Assembly (NCBI GenBank): GCA_017436645.1
Contig: JAFSCR010000031.1
Coordinates: 1,594 to 65,593, forward strand
Length of the DNA: 64,000 nt
Source of the DNA: Clostridia bacterium
GTDB taxonomy: Bacteria; Bacillota; Clostridia; UMGS1883; UMGS1540
Direction of reading: 5' to 3'
Below the pieces are notes generated by a model. The model did not search any database, was not told the origin of the DNA, and saw only the letters and a program-made list of their open reading frames with translations. Shown here piece by piece: positions 38,301 to 48,258 of the stretch (positions are counted from its first letter, which is position 1; each line of letters opens with the position of its first letter). The translations under genes were made by a program, and so were the position numbers.

Positions 38301-39186
38301 TCAAATAATATTTCAATAGCTCTGCTGTGTTTTCTATATCGGAAAGGGCAACCATTTCATTTGCATGGCCAAGGTACCTCGTGGGAATGCCGATGCTTAC
38401 ACTTTCGATGCCGCCGTAAGCCTTCTGTACATCGCCGCCTGTGCCACGAAGGATGCTGACCTCCCTGAAGGTTTTATAAGGTGCCGCCTCCAAACCCTCC
38501 AGAAGGGGAAGCGATGAAATCATGCCGGCATCTTTTACTCTTAATGCAGTACCACCGCCCAGAGCGGCAAATACTGTTTTTTCAGCAGGCGCATCGTTGG
38601 CACCCGAAACATCTACACTAATTAGCACGTTGGCTTTGATTTTTTGCATAAAGGAAGGAGAAAGCTGCCGAATATTACTTTTCGTTGCAAATACAAACCA
38701 TACATCTTTCTTCGTGTCGGATAAAAGTGCACGGATTACAGCACAAATTGCGCTATATCGCCCCATGGATGCACCAAAACACATATTGCCGATAGTTTCA
38801 AGTGATGGCGTAGGAACCGCCCACTGACCGATTTCGAGCGTCTCATGGCCGGTGTCAATATACAGTCCCTTTTCATCTTTGCCGATAACGCCCTTTTTGC
38901 CGCCTTGGCAAACTACGCTCATTCCTTCTGACGGTTTTGCGCCGCCTACGGCAGAAAAACGGGAAAAACCTCCCTCGGGATAGGTGACATAGAGACAAGG
39001 CGTGTCCATAGCGGTTAAAATGACGATGCCGTCACCTTCGCCTTCCTTGTGCACAATAAGGGTCCCGTGGGCATCTTTTTCCCATTTTGCGCTTTCGGGA
39101 AGCATAGAAATAATGGTTTCACAAATTTTTTCTTCACTGCCGGAAGGGGCAGGGGTCATGGCGAGTTTATAAAGCATGGATTTCAT
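38296..39186 (-). CDS. M42 peptidase family paralog, degenerate (metal-binding/catalytic residues replaced), 296 aa
   Basis: Aligns along its length with the two downstream M42 paralogs. It reads TAMDTPCL where they have AAHMDEVG, GRYSAICAV where they have DDRAGCAV, and ATKSNIRQL where they have AQEEVGTRG. Confidence 0.6.
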   Translation of the reverse strand: MKSMLYKLAMTPAPSGSEEKICETIISMLPESAKWEKDAHGTLIVHKEGEGDGIVILTAMDTPCLYVTYPEGGFSRFSAVGGAKPSEGMSVVCQGGKKGVIGKDEKGLYIDTGHETLEIGQWAVPTPSLETIGNMCFGASMGRYSAICAVIRALLSDTKKDVWFVFATKSNIRQLSPSFMQKIKANVLISVDVSGANDAPAEKTVFAALGGGTALRVKDAGMISSLPLLEGLEAAPYKTFREVSILRGTGGDVQKAYGGIESVSIGIPTRYLGHANEMVALSDIENTAELLKYYLK

Positions 39187-39207
39187 GAATCAATCTCCTT
39201 TTCGGAT

Positions 39208-40215
39208 TTATAAAGAGGGGGCAACTGTGCGAAGCCAGACGTCGAGAAGGCGGTACAGGCTTTCATAGTCGTCCTTTGCGATTACGAGTGAGGGAGAATG
39301 TAAATTGCGGCATGGAAGTGCCAAAATGGCCGTGGGAATCCCTTCCACAGCTCTCATGATTACCCCCGCATCCGTGCCGCCGCCTGCAGTACGTTTTTGT
39401 TGCCAGGGAATATCATTTTCTTTTGCTGCAAGTGTAATGGAAGAGATAAGCGCACGGTCAGGCGTTGCCACTCTGTCCATAAAAGTTACGGCAGGGCCTT
39501 TCCCTAAGGTGGTTACATGGAGATGCGGCTCTGTGGGAAAAATATCGGAGCAGAAGGTAGATTCCACAACCACAGCATAATCGGGACGGAAATATTCTGC
39601 CGCCGCCTGTGCGCCACGGGTACCTACTTCTTCCTGTGCGGTGAAAGCACACACAAGCTCAATGCCGGGATAAGTGTTTTTTAAGAGTCTCAGTATTACC
39701 GCACAGCCGGCTCTGTCATCAATGGCTTTCGCATCAATAAGCCCGTCCCCGAATTCCTCATAGTGGGGCGGAAACACGGCGGTGTCGCCAAGCATAACCA
39801 CTTTTTCGGCTTCTTCACGGTCGAGTGCGCCGATATCTATATACATGTTTTCTTCTTTTATCGTTTCTTCACGCTGGGCTTTGGACTGCAGATGAACGGC
39901 ACAAACGCCGATAATACCCGACACTTTATCTTTGCCGATATACACTTTTTTTCCTAAAAGCACGTCGGAATTTATACCGCCGACTGTTTTGAACCGTAAA
40001 AATCCGTTATCCTCAATGCCGGAGATCATAAGGCCAACCTCGTCCATATGTGCCGCAAGGAGAATTCGCTTTCCCTTACCGCCTTTGGAAACCAGAAGGT
40101 TGCCCATGGTATCTTCAAGGCATGCGCAGCCGCTTATTTGGGATTTGATAAAGTCACGAATTTCTTTTTCGTCACCGGAAACGCCGGATCTTTCGCATAA
40201 GTCCTTTAAAAGCAT
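39208..40215 (-). CDS. M42 family glutamyl/TET-type aminopeptidase
   Basis: AAHMDEVGLM, DDRAGCAV and AQEEVGTRGA motifs intact. Confidence 0.8.
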   Translation of the reverse strand: MLLKDLCERSGVSGDEKEIRDFIKSQISGCACLEDTMGNLLVSKGGKGKRILLAAHMDEVGLMISGIEDNGFLRFKTVGGINSDVLLGKKVYIGKDKVSGIIGVCAVHLQSKAQREETIKEENMYIDIGALDREEAEKVVMLGDTAVFPPHYEEFGDGLIDAKAIDDRAGCAVILRLLKNTYPGIELVCAFTAQEEVGTRGAQAAAEYFRPDYAVVVESTFCSDIFPTEPHLHVTTLGKGPAVTFMDRVATPDRALISSITLAAKENDIPWQQKRTAGGGTDAGVIMRAVEGIPTAILALPCRNLHSPSLVIAKDDYESLYRLLDVWLRTVAPSL

Positions 40216-41234
40216 AATTCACCCTGCTTTCCTAAGTCTTTTATCACCGCCGCAAGAAGGCGGGCGGCATTTTCTGCGTCATCTATATGCAGTACTTCAT
40301 AGCCGGCATGCATATAGCGAAGAGGGAGGGACAAAAGACCTGTATAAACGCCTTTTCGGGCAACTTGTACCACCCAGGCATCCGTCCCCGTGCAGCCGCT
40401 GTCCACATCAATCTGATACGGAATTTCTGTTTTTTTTGCTACATGAATCAATCTGTCAGACACATTTCTTTGTACGTTAGGTCCCACCGTAATCACGGGA
40501 CCTTTTCCCATTTCAAAAGTATCCCGACCCGATGCATCCGGTGTTTTGCCGTGACAAACATCAATGCAGATTGCCGCATGCGGCTTAAGATTATAGGCGG
40601 CAGAGCCTGCACCTCGAAGGCCGACTTCTTCCTGCACAGCACCTACAACGGCAATGTTAAAAGGCAGTTCAATGTCCTTTAGCATCTCTAAGGTTTTCAC
40701 AATGACAGCAAGACCTGCCCTGTCATCCATGGCAGATGCGGCTGCCATATTCTTTCCAAGGGGCGTAAAGTCCGTTTCAAATTCCATCACATCGCCAATT
40801 TTTATAAGTGCAGATACTTTTTCGGGAGAAAGACCTGTATCTACACAAAGGGTTTTCATATCAGGCGCTTTGTCGGCGGACTGAATATGGGGCGGAATGG
40901 AACAGATAACGCCGTGGAGCACTTCTTTTCCGTAAATACGGACAGAGGAAGCAGGCAGAATCTTTGTGTCAAAACCGCCAACGGGGCAGACAAGTAAAAA
41001 GCCCTCTTTTGTGATATGGCGCACCATAAGACCGATTTTATCCGTATGGGCCTCCAGCATCAGCGCCTTTCGGCCTTCCTGAAAGCCGTTTACCGATGCA
41101 ATCACATTTCCAAGGGCATCTAACTCTATATTTTCACAATAAGGCATAAGTACGGCAGAAAATGTTTCTGCCGCACCGCTTTCACGCCCGGAAACGCCGG
41201 GCGCCGTTGTTAAGATTTCAAGTAGTGTTCTCAT
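40206..41234 (-). CDS. M42 family glutamyl/TET-type aminopeptidase
   Basis: EAHTDKIGLM, DDRAGLAV and VQEEVGLRGA motifs intact. Confidence 0.8.
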   Translation of the reverse strand: MRTLLEILTTAPGVSGRESGAAETFSAVLMPYCENIELDALGNVIASVNGFQEGRKALMLEAHTDKIGLMVRHITKEGFLLVCPVGGFDTKILPASSVRIYGKEVLHGVICSIPPHIQSADKAPDMKTLCVDTGLSPEKVSALIKIGDVMEFETDFTPLGKNMAAASAMDDRAGLAVIVKTLEMLKDIELPFNIAVVGAVQEEVGLRGAGSAAYNLKPHAAICIDVCHGKTPDASGRDTFEMGKGPVITVGPNVQRNVSDRLIHVAKKTEIPYQIDVDSGCTGTDAWVVQVARKGVYTGLLSLPLRYMHAGYEVLHIDDAENAARLLAAVIKDLGKQGELCF

Positions 41235-42592
41235 AAGCTTTTTACAAGCTCCTTAAACCGCTTACCGCGTTCTTCAAAGTTTTTATACATGTCAAAGCTG
41301 GCACAGGCGGGGGAGAGCATAACAATGTCGCCTGCTTCCGCACCCATGTAAGCTTCTTTTACAGCTTGTTCCATGGTGGAATAAATGAAAATCGGCATGG
41401 TCTTTTTGCCGGCGTATGCTTTTGTAACTGCATCTTTGATTTTAGAAGCTGTAGCACCAACAAGATACAGCTTTTTAACCCGTGCCTTTACATCATGCCC
41501 AAAGTCGTCAAACGGTATGCGCTTGTCATAGCCGCCTGCAATGAGAATGACTTTCTGTTCGAAAGAATAAAGACCGGCTCTTGCACGTGTGGGACTGGAG
41601 GCGATAGAGTCGTTATAGAATTTTACGCCGTCCACCTCACGGACGTATTCAATGCGGTGTTCAACCCCGGCAAAAGATTTTGCAAGCTTGCGGACGGTTG
41701 CCGGTTTTACAAGCTTCTGTACCGCCGCAATGGCTGCCATATAGTTTTCTACGTTGTGGACGCCGGGGAGAAGAATATCTTCAGTATCTAATACTTCGAC
41801 GCCATCCATAAAAATTTTGCCGTCACGAAGGAATACGGAGGCATCTTCTGTCTGTCGGCTGAATGTAAGTACGTTGCCTTTTGCTTCATTTGCAAAGCCG
41901 GCGGTAATTTCATTGTCCGCATTAATAATGAGACGTCCTGTTTTGGACTGATGCAGGAAAATGTTTTTCTTTGCCTCAATATATTCTTCCATGGACTTAT
42001 GAATATCCAGATGGTTGGGGCTCATATTGGTCACAACGGAAATGTGGGGGCTTTTCTTCATGGTTTGGAGCTGGAAACTGGATAATTCCACAACTGCAAA
42101 CTGGCCCTTTTCAATGGTTTCGATTTTGGGAAGAAGGGGTGTGCCGATATTGCCGCCGAGATGGACGGTATAGCCTTCCTTCTTCAGTAAGTTATAAATC
42201 AGGGTAGAAGTGGTGGTTTTACCGTCACTTCCCGTAATGCCGATAATTTTGCAGGGGCAAAGCTCAAAGAAGAGCTCCATTTCACTTGTGATTTTCGCAC
42301 CTTTCTTTTTAGCGGCCACAATTTGCGGAATGTCGGGACGCATACCGGGAGTACGGATTAAAATGTCACAATCCAAATTGTCTAAATATTTTTCGCCGAG
42401 ACTGAATTTTGCACCCATACGCATTAAGGAAACGAGCTCGGGCGTCAGTTCGTCGTTTTTATCGCAAGCAGTAACGGAAGCACCGTAAGATAAAAGCATC
42501 TGAATTAAAGGCTTATTGCTGATGCCAATACCGAGAACGACTACCTTTTTACCTTTTATATTTTGCTTAAATGCTTCAAGCTTAGAATTCAT
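41231..42592 (-). CDS. murD: UDP-N-acetylmuramoyl-L-alanine--D-glutamate ligase
   Basis: ATP-binding GITGSDGKTTTSTLI, Mur ligase domain order, length 453 aa. Confidence 0.85.
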   Translation of the reverse strand: MNSKLEAFKQNIKGKKVVVLGIGISNKPLIQMLLSYGASVTACDKNDELTPELVSLMRMGAKFSLGEKYLDNLDCDILIRTPGMRPDIPQIVAAKKKGAKITSEMELFFELCPCKIIGITGSDGKTTTSTLIYNLLKKEGYTVHLGGNIGTPLLPKIETIEKGQFAVVELSSFQLQTMKKSPHISVVTNMSPNHLDIHKSMEEYIEAKKNIFLHQSKTGRLIINADNEITAGFANEAKGNVLTFSRQTEDASVFLRDGKIFMDGVEVLDTEDILLPGVHNVENYMAAIAAVQKLVKPATVRKLAKSFAGVEHRIEYVREVDGVKFYNDSIASSPTRARAGLYSFEQKVILIAGGYDKRIPFDDFGHDVKARVKKLYLVGATASKIKDAVTKAYAGKKTMPIFIYSTMEQAVKEAYMGAEAGDIVMLSPACASFDMYKNFEERGKRFKELVKSL

Positions 42593-42686
42593 TACCTAAA
42601 TCACCTCACCAATATATTATCCTATATATATTTCGGATTGTCAATATAAATTTTATGGAAATTGGTAAAATTTTCTTAATTCAACT

Positions 42687-44108
42687 TTATAAAACACCGG
42701 TTTTTGGCGGTTTTTTATACTTTTTGTCAAAAAAAGAAGTCGGAACATAAGGCGAGTGCATAAAGCGCCTTGTTTCTGAAAACACCCTTCCCGATAAGGC
42801 TATCAGGCAAAGAAGGTTGGGGATTGCCATAAGCGCATTGAAGGTGTCGGATATCCCCCAGACAAGCTCCATGCTGGTTACTGACCCTACGTATGCACAA
42901 AGAATATAAATGGCTTTGTATATGGGAACACCTTTTTTGCCGAAGAGGTACAGCACGCTCCTTTCGCCAAACAGGCTCCAGCCGATTACCGTGGCGAATG
43001 CGAAAAATACAATAGAAACAGATATAAAAATCCGCCCGAAGTCACCGAGGCCCACACCAAATGATGTAGCGGTAAGAGAAACGCCGGCGAGGCCTGCCGT
43101 GGCGGCCGGAAACTTTCCGGAGGTCAAAATGACAAGTGCCGTTAACGTGCAAACTAAAATGGTGTCCACAAACACTTCAAAAATGCCCCACATTCCTTGA
43201 ATGCACGGTTCATCCGCTGAAGAGGAGGCATGGGCCGTTGCACCGGAGCCGAGTCCTGCCTCGTTTGAAAAAACGCCACGCTTACAGCCGAGCTGCATGG
43301 CCTTTTTCACACTGTACCCCAGCGTGCCGCCGGCGATAGCTTCGGATGAGAAAGCACAGTGGAAGATAAGACGAAACGCATCGGGAATTTCTACCCTTTG
43401 TTTATATAAACAGATGAAGCTTCCTATAAAAAATATAATCACCATAAAAGGCACAAGCTTTTCTGTAACGCCTGCAATTCGTTTTAGTCCGCCAGAGATT
43501 ATTATGGCAATCAGAACGCTTGAAAGTATGCCTGTTAAAGTAGCAGGGATGGAAAAGGTGTCCGACAGGGCAGAGGACACGGAGTGCATCTGCGCCATGT
43601 TTCCCATGCCAAAAGAGGCAAGAATACAGAAAAGAGAGAAAAGAAGGGCAGGGAAACGGAGGCCAAGCCCTTTTTCCATATAGTACATAGCGCCGCCGAT
43701 GGCGTTGCCCTCCTTATCTTTTTGACGGTACAAAATGGCGAGAACGCTTTCGGCGTATGCAGTCATCATGCCGAAAAAAGCAGAAACCCACATCCAGAAA
43801 ATTGCACCCGGGCCACCGAGGGAAAGGGCGGCGGCAACACCGGTTATATTGCCTGTCCCCACCGTGGCGGCTAAAACCGTTGTAAAGGACTGAAACTGGG
43901 AAATACATCCTTTTTTATTTTTTTCCTTTTTAAATAAAGAAAAAAACGTATGGGAAAGCCAAAGCCGTATGCTTCGGATTTGAAAAAACCCTGTCCCTAT
44001 GGTAAATAACAGTCCCGTAAAGAAAAAGAGCCCAAGCATATACGGCCCCCAAAGGAAGTCACAAACGGCTTGGTTTATGGTTAATATCTTTTCTGCCATT
44101 GCCATCAT
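42687..44108 (-). CDS. Alanine/glycine:cation symporter (AGCS family)
   Basis: AGCS family signature (GGPGAIFWMWVSAFFGMMTAYAESVLAI), about 11 TM helices. Confidence 0.8.
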   Translation of the reverse strand: MMAMAEKILTINQAVCDFLWGPYMLGLFFFTGLLFTIGTGFFQIRSIRLWLSHTFFSLFKKEKNKKGCISQFQSFTTVLAATVGTGNITGVAAALSLGGPGAIFWMWVSAFFGMMTAYAESVLAILYRQKDKEGNAIGGAMYYMEKGLGLRFPALLFSLFCILASFGMGNMAQMHSVSSALSDTFSIPATLTGILSSVLIAIIISGGLKRIAGVTEKLVPFMVIIFFIGSFICLYKQRVEIPDAFRLIFHCAFSSEAIAGGTLGYSVKKAMQLGCKRGVFSNEAGLGSGATAHASSSADEPCIQGMWGIFEVFVDTILVCTLTALVILTSGKFPAATAGLAGVSLTATSFGVGLGDFGRIFISVSIVFFAFATVIGWSLFGERSVLYLFGKKGVPIYKAIYILCAYVGSVTSMELVWGISDTFNALMAIPNLLCLIALSGRVFSETRRFMHSPYVPTSFFDKKYKKPPKTGVL

Positions 44109-44195
44109 ATCCTTTCCGTTTATATATACGCTATCCGATTTTGAAACATGACGGGAAGAAAAAATATAAAATTTGTAAAAAAATCAAAAAAACTA

Positions 44196-44224
44196 TTGCA
44201 TTTATGGAAATTGTATGCTATAAT
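44196..44224 (+). promoter_or_regulatory. Sigma-A promoter TTGCAT-17-TATAAT upstream of rplS
   Basis: -35 at 44196-44201, 17-nt spacer, -10 at 44219-44224. About 72-nt leader before the rplS ATG. Confidence 0.6.
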
Positions 44225-44303
44225 ACCTAAATGTGATTATGGGTATTCCGCTGTGAACAAGAAATTTGTGTCCATGAATGCCTAAAGAAAGAGAGGAAAT
44301 ATA

Positions 44304-44645
44304 ATGGATACCATTCGCGCAATTACGAATGAACAGCTGCGGACTGACCTGCCGAAGCTTGAAATCGGTGATACGCTTCGTCTTCACCTGAAGGTCAAAG
44401 AAGGTAACAAAGAAAGAATCCAGATGTTTGAAGGTACTTTGATTGCCCGCAAGAATGGCGGCATCAGTGAAACCATTACCGTAAGACGTATTGCTTCCGG
44501 TGTTGGCGTTGAAAAGATTTTCCCGCTCCACTCACCGAACATTGACAAAATCGAAGTTATCCGTCACGGTAAAGTTCGCCGTGCAAAGCTCTACTATCTG
44601 CGTGGCAGAGTTGGTAAGGCTGCAAAGGTTAAAGAACGTTTATAA
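44304..44645 (+). CDS. rplS: 50S ribosomal protein L19
   Basis: Full-length match to L19 (…[50 protein letters not shown]…). Confidence 0.95.
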   Translation: MDTIRAITNEQLRTDLPKLEIGDTLRLHLKVKEGNKERIQMFEGTLIARKNGGISETITVRRIASGVGVEKIFPLHSPNIDKIEVIRHGKVRRAKLYYLRGRVGKAAKVKERL

Positions 44646-44653
44646 GGAATTTG

Positions 44654-44678
44654 AAAAGGGACAGATATGTCCCTTTTT
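44654..44678 (+). terminator. Terminator/attenuator hairpin GGGACA-GATAT-GTCCC plus TTTTT
   Basis: Perfect 6-bp stem with 5-nt loop followed by T5, between rplS and lepB. Confidence 0.65.
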
Positions 44679-44699
44679 CAATATCAGGAGGATTTTGAT

Positions 44700-45266
44700 A
44701 TGCGTGCAGAACAAAACGAAAAAAAGAGTGTAGGCCGAGAAATTCTGGAATGGGTCGCCTGCCTTTTGGTAGCTGTGATTATCACACTTATTCTGCGGAC
44801 TTTTGTGTTTACCATTGTTCGGGTGGACGGCACCTCCATGGATCCCACCCTTGCCAACGGCCAGCGTCTTGTCATGGTGCGTCTCGGTTATAAACCTGCA
44901 GCGGGGGATATTGTGGTTGTGGACCCGAATAAGGATGGTACACCCAAAGCACAAAAGAAACCGCCTTACATCAAGCGTATCCTTGGCATGCCGGGCGATA
45001 CAATTGAATTTTATCAGGATGTCCGTGGGAATGTAACCTTATATGTGAACGGCGAAAAGAAGGAAGAAGCATACATCAGTTCTTCTGTATATTCCTTCTC
45101 GGAAGAAAAGTACACCGTTCCGGATGGCCATGTGTTTGTTATGGGCGATAACCGTCCTGTAAGTCTTGACAGCCGAAATGCCGGCGTTGGTTTTATTCCG
45201 TTTGAACGTGTGCTCGGAAAAGCTTCCTTCAGAATCTGGCCGCTTAATACGATAGGTACACCGTAA
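44700..45266 (+). CDS. lepB: Signal peptidase I
   Basis: Catalytic Ser box VDGTSMDPTL, Lys box, GDNRPVSLDSR. Start set at ATG with RBS CAGGAGGA, because the ORF-track start lies inside the preceding hairpin. Confidence 0.85.
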   Translation: MRAEQNEKKSVGREILEWVACLLVAVIITLILRTFVFTIVRVDGTSMDPTLANGQRLVMVRLGYKPAAGDIVVVDPNKDGTPKAQKKPPYIKRILGMPGDTIEFYQDVRGNVTLYVNGEKKEEAYISSSVYSFSEEKYTVPDGHVFVMGDNRPVSLDSRNAGVGFIPFERVLGKASFRIWPLNTIGTP

Positions 45267-46120
45267 TGCAGATTCAATGGTTTCCCGGCCATATGGCCAA
45301 AACAGCACGCCTTATTTCTGAAAATTTAAAGCTTACGGACGTTGTGGTGGAAATTGCGGATGCCAGAATCCCCGTTTCCAGCCGTAACCCTTACCTTGCA
45401 AAACTTCTCGGAAACAAACCGCGTGTTCTGGTTCTCAATAAAGCGGACCTTGCTGACCCGAAAATAAGCGCCCTTTGGAAGAAAAAATATGCAGAAATCG
45501 GGCAAAGCGTTGTATTCGTTAACAGTCGTGACGAAAAAATATGGAATCATATCATTTCTGCCGTGGAAGAAGCTTTAAAGGAGCTTCTTTTACGCCGAAA
45601 AGAGAAAAATATGGTGGGCAGGCCCATTCGTATGATGATTACGGGCATCCCCAATGTAGGGAAATCCACCTTTATTAACAACATGTCCGGCCGTGCAAGC
45701 GCCAAAACGGGGGACAGACCGGGTGTTACCACCGGCAAGCAGTGGGTAACCCTTCGGGGCGGATATGAACTTCTGGATACGCCCGGTATGCTCTGGCAAA
45801 AGTTTGAAGGCGAAAACGAAGGCATGCACCTTGCTTTTACGGGTGCGATAAAAGACGATATTATTGACACGGAAGAACTTGCCTTTCACATGCTTAACTT
45901 TTTAAAAGAAAACTATCCGGATGCTGTCACCGCAAGGTACGGCATCGAAAACCCCGGTGAACTTGGCGGATATGAGCTCCTCTGTGCTGTTGCCGAAAGA
46001 CGGAAATTTATCGTAAGCGGCGGCGAACCGGACACAGAAAGAGCGGCACGCATCGTCATTGACGAAGTACGCGGCGCAAAGCTCGGCAGAATTTCCTTTG
46101 AGTCGCCGGAAAACTTATAA
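45266..46120 (+). CDS. rbgA: Ribosome biogenesis GTPase A (YlqF)
   Basis: MQIQWFPGHMAKT N-terminus, circularly permuted GTPase motifs (NKADL…GIPNVGKST). Confidence 0.9.
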   Translation: MQIQWFPGHMAKTARLISENLKLTDVVVEIADARIPVSSRNPYLAKLLGNKPRVLVLNKADLADPKISALWKKKYAEIGQSVVFVNSRDEKIWNHIISAVEEALKELLLRRKEKNMVGRPIRMMITGIPNVGKSTFINNMSGRASAKTGDRPGVTTGKQWVTLRGGYELLDTPGMLWQKFEGENEGMHLAFTGAIKDDIIDTEELAFHMLNFLKENYPDAVTARYGIENPGELGGYELLCAVAERRKFIVSGGEPDTERAARIVIDEVRGAKLGRISFESPENL

Positions 46121-46129
46121 AACGAATCA

Positions 46130-46200
46130 GAACCCCCACCTAAAAGGCGGGGGTTTTCATTTGGCAAAAAATAGACCGGCATTTCCATATGCCGGTCTGT
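46130..46200. terminator. Pair of terminator hairpins between convergent rbgA and eda (AACCCCC…GGGGGTT; AGACCGGCAT…ATGCCGGTCT)
   Basis: Two inverted repeats with appropriately oriented T-runs. Confidence 0.6.
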
Positions 46201-46214
46201 TAGATGATCTTTTT

Positions 46215-47177
46215 TTATGCTTTTAAAAGGTGTATACCAAATCCGCCGAACTCTTCCTGCAAATAAATACATTTTATGGTTCCGTCTTTTTCATATATAG
46301 CCGATTCTTCCTGAAACGAAATGCCTTTTAAAGAAAGGTGATATACGGATCTGTCCACATTATTTGTTAAAATTGCAATGTGTCCGCATCTGCCCGGCCC
46401 TTTTCCTTTTAAAATCTCAAACTGTGACCCTACAAATATGCCTTTCTCGCTTTCACGCCCTATCGGGAGACCCGTCAGAAGGGAAAACTTTTCAGCTGTC
46501 TTCATGGCGTCGGTTTCACTTTCGTGATTTAGGCCAATATGCCCAATGGAAAGTCCCAGCATACTGCTGACTGCATTTTTTGTAAGTCTGGTGATTTCCG
46601 CCCAATTTCCTTCATCTATGAAGCTTTCTTTTACCATAAAGCTTCCGCCTACGGCAATGATTTTATTTGAATCCAAATAGGTGTTCATGTTTTCAAGGCT
46701 GATGCCGCCCGTGGGCATAAATTTAATATTGCCGTAGGGTGCGCTCATGGCTTTGATTTTATCCAAACCGCCGCTTTGCTCCGCAGGAAAGAATTTAACC
46801 ACCTTAAGACCAAGGGAAAGGGCCATTTCAATTTCTGTAGGCGTCGTGCATCCCGGGAGGGGCAAAATGTCGTTTTCAAGGCACCACCGGACCACCTCGG
46901 GGTTTATTCCCGGGCTTACGATAAACTGTGCACCTGCTTCCTTTGCACGCTTTGCCTGTTCTATTGTCAGCACTGTGCCGGCGCCAACAAGCATGGAAGG
47001 ACATTCTTTGGAAATGAAACGAATCGCATCCGCAGCAGCATCTGTACGGAAGGTAACCTCTGCTGCCGCAAGACCGCCTTCTGTCAATGCATTTGCAAGT
47101 GAAACTGCATTTTTTGCATCGTTGATTTTAATAACCGGAATGATTCCTGTGTGATAGATTTTCTTTAAAATATCCAT
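46215..47177 (-). CDS. eda: KDPG/KHG aldolase (Eda) fused to a C-terminal VOC (glyoxalase/bleomycin-resistance-like) domain
   Basis: The N-terminal ~210 aa match Eda (…GAGTVLT…FKFFPA…GGI…). The C-terminal ~110 aa show two beta-alpha-beta-beta-beta-like modules with conserved His positions (LGLSIGHIGL…; GRCGHIAIL…). Confidence 0.7.
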   Translation of the reverse strand: MDILKKIYHTGIIPVIKINDAKNAVSLANALTEGGLAAAEVTFRTDAAADAIRFISKECPSMLVGAGTVLTIEQAKRAKEAGAQFIVSPGINPEVVRWCLENDILPLPGCTTPTEIEMALSLGLKVVKFFPAEQSGGLDKIKAMSAPYGNIKFMPTGGISLENMNTYLDSNKIIAVGGSFMVKESFIDEGNWAEITRLTKNAVSSMLGLSIGHIGLNHESETDAMKTAEKFSLLTGLPIGRESEKGIFVGSQFEILKGKGPGRCGHIAILTNNVDRSVYHLSLKGISFQEESAIYEKDGTIKCIYLQEEFGGFGIHLLKA

Positions 47178-47197
47178 TTGATATTTCCTTTCCGTAT

Positions 47198-48229
47198 TTA
47201 ACGCTGTACCCGTCCGCTGCCGTCGCCGGCGGCAAGTGCTTCAACTTCTTTTCTTGTGACCATATTCATATCGCCGGGGATGGTGTGCTTAAGTGCTGAA
47301 GCGGCAACACCAAATTCCAGTGAAGAGCGAAAATCCTTCCCATCCAGCATGCCGCAGATTACACCTGCCGCAAAGCTGTCTCCACCGCCGACACGGTCAA
47401 CAATAGGCGTGATTCTGTATTCCTTTGAATGATAGAATTCTTTTGTATCTCTTGCATATATGCAAGCGGACCAGCCGTTGTCCGAGGCTGAATGAGATAC
47501 ACGAAGTGAAGAAATCACATATTCAAAATTATATTTTTCCACCATCTTTTTAAAAATGCTTTCATAACCTGAAAGGGCGAGGGAACCGCTTTCCACGTCT
47601 GTGTTTTCAGGCCTAAAGCCAAGAACCTTATCAGCATCTTCTTCGTTCCCGATGCAGATGTCTACATATTGCATGAGGTTTGACATCACCTTCTGTGCCT
47701 TTTCACTTGACCAGAGCTTTTTTCTGAAGTTTAAATCACAGGAAACCTTAATGCCTTTTTTCTTTGCGATTTTTAGCGCTTCTTCCGTAAGGCGGGCGGC
47801 CTTGTCGGAAATGGCAGGTGTAATACCGGTAAAGTGAAACCAATCACAATCTGCAAAAATCTTCTCAAAATCAAAATCTTCTGCTTCAGCTTCCGAAATG
47901 GAAGAATGTGCACGGTCATAGATGACATTGGAAGGGCGCATTGCGGCACCGGTTTCCAAAAAGTATATGCCGAGACGCTCTCCGCCACGTGCAATATTTT
48001 CTGTTTTTACGTTCATTTTACGAAGTGCCGCCACAGCACATTCTCCGATTGGATTTTCAGGGACCTTTGTGACAAACTCTGCTTCGTGGCCAAAATTTGC
48101 AAGAGATACTGCAACGTTGGCTTCTCCGCCGCCGTAACACACTTCAAAATTATCAGCCTGCATAAATCTTTCGTGTCCCGGGGTGGAAAGGCGGAGCATA
48201 ATTTCGCCTAAAGTTACTATTTTTGCCAA
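47198..48229 (-). CDS. kdgK: 2-dehydro-3-deoxygluconokinase (PfkB family)
   Basis: PfkB N-terminal GG motif and C-terminal GGGDSFAAG anion hole. KdgK-like overall. Sits upstream of eda. Confidence 0.8.
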   Translation of the reverse strand: MAKIVTLGEIMLRLSTPGHERFMQADNFEVCYGGGEANVAVSLANFGHEAEFVTKVPENPIGECAVAALRKMNVKTENIARGGERLGIYFLETGAAMRPSNVIYDRAHSSISEAEAEDFDFEKIFADCDWFHFTGITPAISDKAARLTEEALKIAKKKGIKVSCDLNFRKKLWSSEKAQKVMSNLMQYVDICIGNEEDADKVLGFRPENTDVESGSLALSGYESIFKKMVEKYNFEYVISSLRVSHSASDNGWSACIYARDTKEFYHSKEYRITPIVDRVGGGDSFAAGVICGMLDGKDFRSSLEFGVAASALKHTIPGDMNMVTRKEVEALAAGDGSGRVQR

Positions 48230-48258
48230 TTTGAATTCTCCTTTTCATCATAATATAT

